DNA of 41,187 nt, taken from the IMG/VR virus record IMGVR_UViG_3300037722_000450, positions 1-41,187 of that record; one strand, given 5' to 3'. The DNA is from a virus (taxonomy: Duplodnaviria > Caudoviricetes). The notes beneath the pieces are model-generated. The model saw only the letters and a program-made list of their open reading frames with translations. It was not told the origin of the DNA and made no database searches. Position numbers and translations under genes: made by a program. Positions 26,888 through 34,105 of this stretch are shown in pieces (the first letter of the stretch is position 1; each line of letters starts with the position of its first letter).

Positions 26888-27421
26888 ATGTCTCAAGATA
26901 CACCAACACAAGAATCCGACATGGTACAAACCGTCGAATTTTGCACGATTGATAACCGAGAAATGCGGCCATACGTGGCCCAACTCGGTTTTAAACACGC
27001 CTTAACAGCCCGATTAACTGTTGAGATGCTAGACTGTCTAGGTTATGACGATTTAGCCGAAATAGACCTAGTGCAACCCCTCGTGGCTACGAAAGTTTAT
27101 GAAGCATTACCAGCGATTAAGCCGAGAGCGCTTGGTATGGCCATGCTTAATCGTTTGAAGTCACTGGATGCCAATGCCTATCAGTTCCTGATTGAACTTG
27201 ATAAGTTAACACTGACTGAACACAATCAATTTGCACTTGATATGGACACGCTTAACCATGCATCTAATTACGTTTATCTGCATTCTAGTTTAAGTCAGGT
27301 GACACTCGACCTATTGCCATTTATTAGCACCTCAGTGAGTCGCCGTGGCGCTAAGTGGACAGTCTACGGCAAAGCTGTAAGCGCTTATTTCCGTTTTAAG
27401 TTGCCACAGGAGGATAGATAA
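26888..27421 (+). CDS. Hypothetical protein
   Basis: RBS AGGAAG; ATG 26888. Confidence 0.75.
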   Translation: MSQDTPTQESDMVQTVEFCTIDNREMRPYVAQLGFKHALTARLTVEMLDCLGYDDLAEIDLVQPLVATKVYEALPAIKPRALGMAMLNRLKSLDANAYQFLIELDKLTLTEHNQFALDMDTLNHASNYVYLHSSLSQVTLDLLPFISTSVSRRGAKWTVYGKAVSAYFRFKLPQEDR

Positions 27422-27720
27422 TGCGTAGACAAGACTTTTCGCGTCAACTTCAGGCGCGGAGCCTGTATGTAGAGCGCATGTATCGCGACAATGTAGATAT
27501 TCATGGCCTTGAGATCGAAGCTGAAAAACAAGCCGTGCGTCTCAATGATGATACGTCGCCCGATGCCCCTTTAAAATGGGATATGGTCAGTGGGCAGATG
27601 GCTACCGATTGCCCACGTAAAGGCTGGGAATTACTGAATTGGCAAGTGCATCATTTAGAGCAACGCCTTGATTTGCTGGGCTTCAGGATACAACCAAATA
27701 GATGGGAGACATTGAAATGA
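27421..27720 (+). CDS. Hypothetical protein
   Basis: RBS AGGAGG; TAATG coupling. Confidence 0.75.
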   Translation: MRRQDFSRQLQARSLYVERMYRDNVDIHGLEIEAEKQAVRLNDDTSPDAPLKWDMVSGQMATDCPRKGWELLNWQVHHLEQRLDLLGFRIQPNRWETLK

Positions 27721-27929
27721 CCACAACACGCAAGATTTGCCCCAATTGCCATGAATTGAATTATGCGAGTGCAGATGTATGCCCGAATTGCGGGTTGGGC
27801 GACGTTAAACGTCGCCCCGATTATGGCGCGAATATGCCGATGCCCCGCACCGCGCCCCGTGAATTTTATGAGAAACAAATGCGGGATTATCTAGCATGGC
27901 ACAAACGATTTTATCGTAAAAGCGAGTAA
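27717..27929 (+). CDS. Zinc-ribbon protein
   Basis: CPNC-x10-CPNCG; ATGA coupling. Confidence 0.7.
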   Translation: MTTTRKICPNCHELNYASADVCPNCGLGDVKRRPDYGANMPMPRTAPREFYEKQMRDYLAWHKRFYRKSE

Positions 27930-27966
27930 TTAAATCAGATAGGGAGTGCAACCGTACTCCCTACAG

Positions 27967-27980
27967 TCCTGACATCAGGA
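27967..27980. promoter_or_regulatory. 14-bp palindrome, copy 4
   Basis: TCCTGACATCAGGA, intergenic, reverse complement of copy 2. Confidence 0.65.
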
Positions 27981-27993
27981 AAAGGTAAATATC

Positions 27994-28251
27994 ATGATGA
28001 ATAACAGCACGAATAAGCCCAATTCCGATAATAAGCAGGCCATTTTAGGCCAACTTGAGTATGCGTATGAACGACGTGCCCTTGCGCAAGCCCAACTCCG
28101 CAATGTATGAGGATATAGTGCGATTAGTCACTATAATCAGGAAGTTGACCACTGGACTGTGCATATTCAGACATTAGAGGAAGCCTTAGCTAATTTAGAA
28201 CAAGAAGAGACGATTAATCAAGCCGAAACAGGCAATGAGGAGAGCGAGTGA
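27994..28251 (+). pseudogene. Small gene interrupted by in-frame TGA at 28108-28110
   Basis: RBS and ATG; frame continues past the stop to ...GNEESE* and couples (TGATG) to the next gene. Confidence 0.65.
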
Positions 28252-28550
28252 TGCGACTAATTGATTTACTCCGTGCAAGTTTATCGCCAGAAGAACGTTT
28301 TATTATGGAACAGATTGCCAATGGCAAGTTGCCACCTGAAGCCCTAACGAATTATCGAGAGACAATGGGTAAATCTAACGCTACAACAGGCAATGATAAA
28401 GAAGTTTTAGAGGCTTATCATTATGCGCGGGATTATGTGGTTTCCAGTGCGATTAGTGGACTGAGTGCAGGCGAATTGGAGTTAGTGGAATACTTCGATA
28501 TTCAGCAAGTACATGAAGATAGCCAACCTAAGCAATTAGGCTTATTCTAA
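28251..28550 (+). CDS. Hypothetical protein
   Basis: RBS GAGGAG; C-terminal QLGLF resembles a beta-clamp-binding motif. Confidence 0.7.
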   Translation: MRLIDLLRASLSPEERFIMEQIANGKLPPEALTNYRETMGKSNATTGNDKEVLEAYHYARDYVVSSAISGLSAGELELVEYFDIQQVHEDSQPKQLGLF

Positions 28551-28558
28551 GGAGTAGA

Positions 28559-28936
28559 ATGGATATGCAATTAAACGAAATTGGCAAAGCAACCCTAGTA
28601 ACCTTTGAAAAGCCGCGCAAGGTATATATAGGCACACTTGATTTTGCGTATGCTGAGCCATTATGGAAGTTTGATTATCTTTCCCCTGTCAATGCCGCCG
28701 CCGACCAAAATGGTGAATACAAAGTTTTTGCGCTATCTTTACGAGGCAAGCTAGCCCTTCGTGAAATAAACGTCGATTACGAATTAGAGATTCGACGTAA
28801 AATTTTTGAAGATGCCGAAAAAAAGGTGGCGGACAATCCTCTTTCTATAGATTGTGCCGTGGAAGCGTTACGTGAGGCAAATCGCTATATCAATGCATTA
28901 AAAGAATATATCCACAAATTGGAAAAGGGGAAATAG
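28559..28936 (+). CDS. Hypothetical protein
   Basis: RBS AAGGAG. Confidence 0.75.
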   Translation: MDMQLNEIGKATLVTFEKPRKVYIGTLDFAYAEPLWKFDYLSPVNAAADQNGEYKVFALSLRGKLALREINVDYELEIRRKIFEDAEKKVADNPLSIDCAVEALREANRYINALKEYIHKLEKGK

Positions 28937-28939
28937 ACG

Positions 28940-29092
28940 ATGAAATACATTAAATCATTCTTCCAACCAATTTATCACAATGGTAGGTTTGGATGTATTT
29001 GGATATGCCATGTATGCCACAATAAAGGCAAAATTAGTTAAGACATTGGCCACGATAGCGCCATGATGATTAGCCTAGAGGAGAGTGAATAG
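28940..29092 (+). pseudogene. Small CxxC gene with in-frame TAA at 29039-29041, or a 33-aa peptide
   Basis: MKYIKSFFQP...CHVCHNKGKIS*DIGHDSAMMISLEESE*. Confidence 0.45.
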
Positions 29093-29341
29093 ATGCCTAA
29101 CCCAACACCGCCTAAGTTACCTAATCAATTCTTCAATGCTCTCATTCGGATGCAACAGCAATTTGAGATTATGATAGGCGATGCGTTACAGGATGCTGTG
29201 CAAAGATTAAATGAATTTGCCGATGCCTATAAGCGTTTAGATCGTGAATATCGAGAGATTTATGGACTTGGCATTCATGAGTTTGTTGATTTAGGCAACT
29301 ATCTGATTGACTTTGATGATTTTAGAGATGGGAGTGAGTGA
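29093..29341 (+). CDS. Hypothetical protein
   Basis: RBS GAGGAG. Confidence 0.7.
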   Translation: MPNPTPPKLPNQFFNALIRMQQQFEIMIGDALQDAVQRLNEFADAYKRLDREYREIYGLGIHEFVDLGNYLIDFDDFRDGSE

Positions 29342-29499
29342 TGAAACACATCAAAATAACGTCCGTAGATTGGACTGACGAAGAAATCTTTGATTTGCTT
29401 AAACAGTTGCTCAAAGAAAATCCAGACGCTACAGGTTTTTCTGTCTATGGCAGTATGTGGCAAATTGAACCTGAAATAGAAATAATTGATATTGACTAG
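29341..29499 (+). CDS. Hypothetical protein, 52 aa (below cutoff)
   Basis: MKHIKITSVDWTDEEIFDLL...IDID*; TGATG coupling. Confidence 0.6.
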   Translation: MKHIKITSVDWTDEEIFDLLKQLLKENPDATGFSVYGSMWQIEPEIEIIDID

Positions 29500-29507
29500 G
29501 AGGCAAA

Positions 29508-29915
29508 ATGTATCAACAAATCACCATTATCGGCAATTGTGGCCGTGACCCAGAAATGCGCTATACCAATGAGGGCATTGGAGTATGTAATTTCTCCGTG
29601 GCCGTGAACAAACGCCGGAAGAATGCCAACACCGGGGAATATACCGACATTACCACATGGTTCAAGGTGGCCGCATGGCGGAATTTAGCCGAAACGTGTA
29701 GCCAATATGTGCATAAGGGCATGTTGGTTATGGTCGTCGGTGAAGTCAAAGTCGATCCTTATGTAGGGCAAGATGGGCAAGCGCGGGCTAGTCTGGAAAT
29801 TACCGCGTATGAGGTGAAGTTTTTGAGCAAGAGTGAACAAACTCAAAGCGAAACTAGCGAACAATCTAGTCATGACGAAGATGATTGGATTAATAACGAC
29901 GATATTCCGTTCTAG
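29508..29915 (+). CDS. ssb: Single-stranded DNA-binding protein
   Basis: IIGNCGRDPEMRYT, TTWF.V.AW, C-terminal DDIPF. Confidence 0.97.
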   Translation: MYQQITIIGNCGRDPEMRYTNEGIGVCNFSVAVNKRRKNANTGEYTDITTWFKVAAWRNLAETCSQYVHKGMLVMVVGEVKVDPYVGQDGQARASLEITAYEVKFLSKSEQTQSETSEQSSHDEDDWINNDDIPF

Positions 29916-29923
29916 GCAACCAG

Positions 29924-29951
29924 AATACTGATAACCGTAATTTTCACGACA
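29924..29951 (+). other. dif-like 11-6-11 site A
   Basis: AATACTGATAA-CCGTAA-TTTTCACGACA. Confidence 0.45.
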
Positions 29952-29964
29952 TTAGGAAAGGAAA

Positions 29965-30258
29965 ATGGGAATGAAAGATTTAGGACTACCGCCGCCTTCA
30001 TTAGAAGATTGGTTAGCCCTTCAATCAGAGCGTCTTGCCGATAGTTTAGTATTAAGTGCGCGAATCGAAGATAGTATAACTTACGCTAGCGAATGGGGAG
30101 GCTCAAGAGGTGCTCGGAAATTAAAGGAACTTCAACAACAGTCCGCAGAAATAGACAAAGTTCTATTCAGTATCAAGAATAGTTTTGACAGACTTTTAAT
30201 TGCACATCAAGCGGGCGAACGCATATTCCAAGATATTCCAGTAGAAAGTGAGGATTAG
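29965..30258 (+). CDS. Hypothetical protein (ends ESED)
   Basis: RBS AGGAAAGGA. Confidence 0.7.
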   Translation: MGMKDLGLPPPSLEDWLALQSERLADSLVLSARIEDSITYASEWGGSRGARKLKELQQQSAEIDKVLFSIKNSFDRLLIAHQAGERIFQDIPVESED

Positions 30259-30261
30259 ACA

Positions 30262-30573
30262 ATGGCTGAACAAAAAGACAATATGGTTAAAAGGTTATTC
30301 AGATGGTTGATCGGTAAGCTTTTGGGTGGGGATGCTTTTGCTCAAGAATATATAGAGCGCTTTATATTTCCAGTCCAACATGAACTTATTGACTTGGGTT
30401 TAACTTACACACAATCTAATGAACTAGCATCTATGGCGCTTACGTTAAGTTCACACTACCGCCCGTGGGGGTTTGTTTATCGCGACATGCGTGATGACAT
30501 AAAAGGAGGCATGAGTTATGACGATGTTATGCAAAAGGCACTGGATTTATTGGGGCGAGTAGAATCCCGATAA
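30262..30573 (+). CDS. Hypothetical protein
   Basis: Starts after a junction repeat; stop lies inside dif-like site B. Confidence 0.7.
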   Translation: MAEQKDNMVKRLFRWLIGKLLGGDAFAQEYIERFIFPVQHELIDLGLTYTQSNELASMALTLSSHYRPWGFVYRDMRDDIKGGMSYDDVMQKALDLLGRVESR

Positions 30574-30590
30574 GTGATAATATCACGGCA
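30563..30590 (+). other. dif-like 11-6-11 site B
   Basis: AATCCCGATAA-GTGATA-ATATCACGGCA; 24/33 identical to site A with flanks. Confidence 0.45.
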
Positions 30591-30655
30591 TTATCCAACT
30601 GTTGCATTTTTTGCAACAGTTCAGAATGGTTCAGAAATGAGAAAAGAGGATTGAA

Positions 30656-30961
30656 ATGAATAAACAATCAATGCTTGTCACCTTGCTTCAAGAGTGTATG
30701 CCTATTGAGGCGCGTATTATTGATGTTAAATATTATCGCAAACTACAGCCAAAACGATACATAGATTATAAGACTGGCTGGTTCGTAGATTTCAGGATAG
30801 GCACAATAAATCATAGTCTGTATCTAGGCCGCAATTTTAATATTGCCTATGAAGCAGTTAAAAGAATTTATTCTATTTCTCCTACATATGATGAGTTACA
30901 ACTTAAGAATGGCTCATGGGTACGGTTTTATATGTGGGATAGAGTTCGGGCGTTAGAATAG
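30656..30961 (+). CDS. Hypothetical protein
   Basis: RBS GAGGA. Confidence 0.7.
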   Translation: MNKQSMLVTLLQECMPIEARIIDVKYYRKLQPKRYIDYKTGWFVDFRIGTINHSLYLGRNFNIAYEAVKRIYSISPTYDELQLKNGSWVRFYMWDRVRALE

Positions 30962-30975
30962 AAAGCGAGGATTAG

Positions 30976-31275
30976 ATGAGTGGCGGAAGTTTCAACTATG
31001 CGCTGTACAAAGCTGATTCAACTGAGATATTTCAGGGACTAGAAGATTATAAGGCAATTGAGCAGTTCCTACGCGATAACGGCAAGCAAGAAGCCGCCAA
31101 CGAAGTACAGAAATTCATACTAGCACTTGAAACTGCGTTCAATCGCCTGATGGTACATGGCGAATATGTCAAGCCTTTGCTCAGAGCGGCGGAATGGTGG
31201 GCTAGCGGGGATAGTGGTGCGGATGGTGTTGATTATGCAATGGGCATGTTAACGGGTGAAGAAAGTGAGGATTAG
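30976..31275 (+). CDS. Hypothetical protein (MSGGSFNY type; ends ESED)
   Basis: MSGGSFNY start, EWW.SGD.G.D. Confidence 0.75.
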   Translation: MSGGSFNYALYKADSTEIFQGLEDYKAIEQFLRDNGKQEAANEVQKFILALETAFNRLMVHGEYVKPLLRAAEWWASGDSGADGVDYAMGMLTGEESED

Positions 31276-31278
31276 ACG

Positions 31279-31581
31279 ATGAAACTAGCCCGATTTGCGG
31301 TCTATGATGACAACGAATACGAACTTGAATTAGGTCAAGCCCCAATACCGCGCAACCAATTAGAGGGATTGCTCTATCACATCTGTCATGGCCTGATTAT
31401 GCGTTATCCACTGTGGAAAGTTTTAGCATGGTCATGGATTCACCGAAAGTCATTTCAGGAAGCCGAAACGGTGCTAGATTTGACTGCATTAGCTGATATT
31501 GATGATACGTCACTGAGTGTTGACGACGAACACCTTATACACGAATGGACTGGTCATGCTGACTGGATAAGAGAGGACTAA
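31279..31581 (+). CDS. Hypothetical protein
   Basis: Starts after a junction repeat; ends RED*. Confidence 0.7.
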   Translation: MKLARFAVYDDNEYELELGQAPIPRNQLEGLLYHICHGLIMRYPLWKVLAWSWIHRKSFQEAETVLDLTALADIDDTSLSVDDEHLIHEWTGHADWIRED

Positions 31582-31584
31582 CCC

Positions 31585-31731
31585 ATGAACCACTTATTCA
31601 CCCACCTAATCGCTTTTTTGTGCGGAGGTGCATTTACGTTAATTGTCAGCACGATTCTATTATTGAATTGGGCACTCAGCGACAAATTCAAAGAACAACG
31701 CCAACGCACTCAACAAGATAAAGGCGCGTAA
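31585..31731 (+). CDS. Small membrane protein, 48 aa (below cutoff)
   Basis: MNHLFTHLIAFLCGGAFTLIVSTILLLNWALS...; RBS GAGGA. Confidence 0.6.
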   Translation: MNHLFTHLIAFLCGGAFTLIVSTILLLNWALSDKFKEQRQRTQQDKGA

Positions 31732-31733
31732 CC

Positions 31734-32027
31734 ATGCCCAAACGTAACGCAAATTGGTTTGACAAGACAGGGCGCTATATGATACTGAATGCCAAGATAT
31801 TCAATACATCTAAAGCGTTCCCGATGTCAGGACAAGACCCCCACCCGAATCAGGCTATTTATGATGTGATCTTAGAGGCGATTGAAAGCGCCCGGTGGCG
31901 TGACCCAGACATCACCAAAACTGAGGTAGTGCTAGGGGCATTATATGGGTGGGCACTCTGGGAACTTGCAGAGAAGCCGATGCCACTACCGACGGATGAT
32001 AATGGAAATATGGAAAGTGAGGATTAG
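31734..32027 (+). CDS. Hypothetical protein (ends ESED)
   Basis: ORF; RBS AAGG. Confidence 0.7.
   Translation: MPKRNANWFDKTGRYMILNAKIFNTSKAFPMSGQDPHPNQAIYDVILEAIESARWRDPDITKTEVVLGALYGWALWELAEKPMPLPTDDNGNMESED
31819..31832. promoter_or_regulatory. 14-bp palindrome, copy 5
   Basis: TCCCGATGTCAGGA. Confidence 0.6.
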
Positions 32028-32028
32028 C

Positions 32029-32262
32029 ATGGTAAAGATTAACATGGATAAAAACAAACTTGAAGAAGCGTTAGAACGAGTGCGTGAAACAATTGAACAA
32101 AGATTAAAGGAAGAAACTGTTCAAAGGGCACGAGATATTCAAGACGAACTCATACTAGAGCTTAAGGCATCCCACCGCCATTACATGGCTGTATATGCGT
32201 CAATTCCGCCGCATATACGGAAAACCGTTATGCGAATGCTTGATGAAGAAAGCGAGGATTAA
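32029..32262 (+). CDS. Hypothetical helical protein (ends ESED)
   Basis: ATG directly after a junction repeat. Confidence 0.7.
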   Translation: MVKINMDKNKLEEALERVRETIEQRLKEETVQRARDIQDELILELKASHRHYMAVYASIPPHIRKTVMRMLDEESED

Positions 32263-32263
32263 C

Positions 32264-32749
32264 ATGGAAACTAGAGAAACAATTCACGAATTAACAAAAT
32301 TGGCCTATGCACTTGTGGCCTATTGCGCATGGTGGGAAGTGAAACTCATTGCAGATAAACTGCAATCTGAATATGGCATTGAAATCACAGGCGTACATGC
32401 TTCAAAGATTGAAAATAATGTGCGTAAAGTGTCCAGTAAGGGAACAATCTATTTTAAAGGCTACCCTTGCCATATTTCGGTTAGCTATAACTATGATACC
32501 CTATCAGATGAAATGCTGGCCCACAGGGATAATATTCGTGAATTAACCAATTGTGAGTGGCTTATTCAAAGTGAATTTAGGCAGATAGACCCGGTAAGCA
32601 ATTGGCGACCCGACGATGTGCCCAGTAGACCTAGTATTAAGCGCAATATCTCGATAACGATTGAGAATAAGACGAAAACGAGCTTACTAAAACAACTCGA
32701 CACCCTCAAACAAATCATTGAAGCTGAGTTTGCCGAAAGCGAGGATTAG
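32264..32749 (+). CDS. Hypothetical protein (ends ESED)
   Basis: ATG directly after a junction repeat. Confidence 0.75.
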   Translation: METRETIHELTKLAYALVAYCAWWEVKLIADKLQSEYGIEITGVHASKIENNVRKVSSKGTIYFKGYPCHISVSYNYDTLSDEMLAHRDNIRELTNCEWLIQSEFRQIDPVSNWRPDDVPSRPSIKRNISITIENKTKTSLLKQLDTLKQIIEAEFAESED

Positions 32750-32754
32750 CCACC

Positions 32755-33009
32755 ATACCAGAACCCAACGACAACGAATCTAACAAAGATGTTGATAAAC
32801 CGACATCTGAAGATGTTGCACTCGACATTCAATTACCACCTAATACAGCCGATGTGTTAAAGGCGCTCAGAGAAGCCAGCCGACGCATAGTGGAAAAGAC
32901 TGCTAAACACCCACAGGTTAAACAGTGGAAGGGTATCGACATAGGTATCCCAATTACTGAGAGACGCGCTAAACGACGTAAGCGTAAGACAGCTAATAAG
33001 TTAGGATAA
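32755..33009 (+). pseudogene. 84-codon ORF with ATA start (mutated or non-canonical start)
   Basis: IPEPNDNESNKDV...RRAKRRKRKTANKLG* fills the gap, 9 nt after GAGGA. Confidence 0.55.
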
Positions 33010-33022
33010 AGGATAAAAGCCG

Positions 33023-33241
33023 ATGCCAGAATCAAAGAAGCCGCCCGACTATGAGTATATTCAATTGGATATTTCACTTAAGCAAAGAGATGCCCAGCGC
33101 GCCTTTGAATATATCCGTGAACGTTTAGTTGAAAGGTTAGTGATAGAAGCTAAAGCCAAGAAACCACTAACGCCTAGGATAAGTGACGCTGTGCTAGCAT
33201 ACTCTGTATATATTGCAACCAAAGGCATAGACACAGACTAG
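33023..33241 (+). CDS. Hypothetical protein
   Basis: RBS AAGGA. Confidence 0.7.
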   Translation: MPESKKPPDYEYIQLDISLKQRDAQRAFEYIRERLVERLVIEAKAKKPLTPRISDAVLAYSVYIATKGIDTD

Positions 33242-33351
33242 CTACCTATGCTATCCTATAGATGTTGAATAATGACATCTATTGAACTATACATTCAAAA
33301 TGATGTTGCCGAATTGTCTCTCTATGAGAGTTGAGTATCCATATATGATGT

Positions 33352-33449
33352 AGCCCCACTGGTTGCTGATACTTACACACTAACAAGACAAAGCTCCCTC
33401 CTACCCAGATAGCCAACTGAAAGCCCTAACCAGTGGGGCTTTTTCTTTT
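33352..33449 (+). ncRNA. Structured RNA / terminator closing the early region
   Basis: 13-bp inverted repeat AGCCCCACTGGTT/AACCAGTGGGGCT plus T tract; internal CTCCCTCCT. Confidence 0.45.
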
Positions 33450-34105
33450 CCATATCCCAACCACCTATCCCTATAGCCTGCATTGCCCTCATTTTTTAGG
33501 GGGGGGTATAGGTCCACGTCTGCAATATTTTTAATAGGGGGTAGGGGTCATTGCTCAGAATTAATTTAATCAATAGGGTAGGGTATAGGATGCCAATAAA
33601 AAAAAGGGGGTAGGGTACTGGGTAACTTTGAAACATGGGGCATGTTAACGCTGGGTGTTAAGAATTAGGCGATTGATTGATGGGAAGGGCTATGTGAAAG
33701 GGAGTGTGACATTTTAGGGGAGGGGATGATTGAATGGGATGGAATGTAGATTCGTGATAATGACAGAGTAAACAAGGTGATGGGATACAGTGTATTCGTT
33801 TTTTTATAAGCCACCCCTGCCTCTCCCAAATTTTGACGGGGGGGGGTCTATACTGTGCTATTCTGGTCTGTGTGATAGACTAGTTTGTGATAGAATAAAG
33901 TGAAAACGATTGATTATTGCGTTAGTTTCCTGATAAACTACATTATCACGAATCTAAAAGCGCAATTCCAGTCAAGTCGAAAAAACGGGGCTAGGGGGTG
34001 CTCGATTCAACATAAGACTTTTTCCCACAAGTGGGGGGTCGGTGTCAAAAATTACGAGGATAAAATTTTGATGAAGTCTACAACAGTTGACACTAAGGAA
34101 AACTA
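33450..34105. other. Large non-coding region upstream of the packaging operon (candidate cos/pac or origin)
   Basis: G tracts, repeated AGGG(GG)TAGGG(G)T, 16-bp inverted repeat, dif-like site. Confidence 0.55.
33926..33953. other. dif-like 11-6-11 site C (near-palindromic)
   Basis: TTTCCTGATAA-ACTACA-TTATCACGAAT. Confidence 0.5.

Larger units (their letters stand above)
30244..32749 (+). repeat. Six 15-nt gene-junction repeats GAAAGYGAGGATTAR
   Basis: Copies at 30244, 30961, 31261, 32013, 32248, 32735. Confidence 0.93.

Noticed and set aside
27940-27963. Hairpin TAGGGAGTGC-AACC-GTACTCCCTA as an intrinsic terminator
   Set aside because: Good stem but no U-tract on the + strand; function left unassigned.
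27994-29092. Alternative genetic code (stop reassignment)
   Set aside because: Only two interrupted small ORFs, with different stops; all core genes are intact in code 11 and use TAA, TAG and TGA as stops.
30244-32749. Junction repeats as a CRISPR array or integron attC sites
   Set aside because: Spacing is gene-sized and irregular, the repeats are not palindromic, and there is no cas or intI gene.
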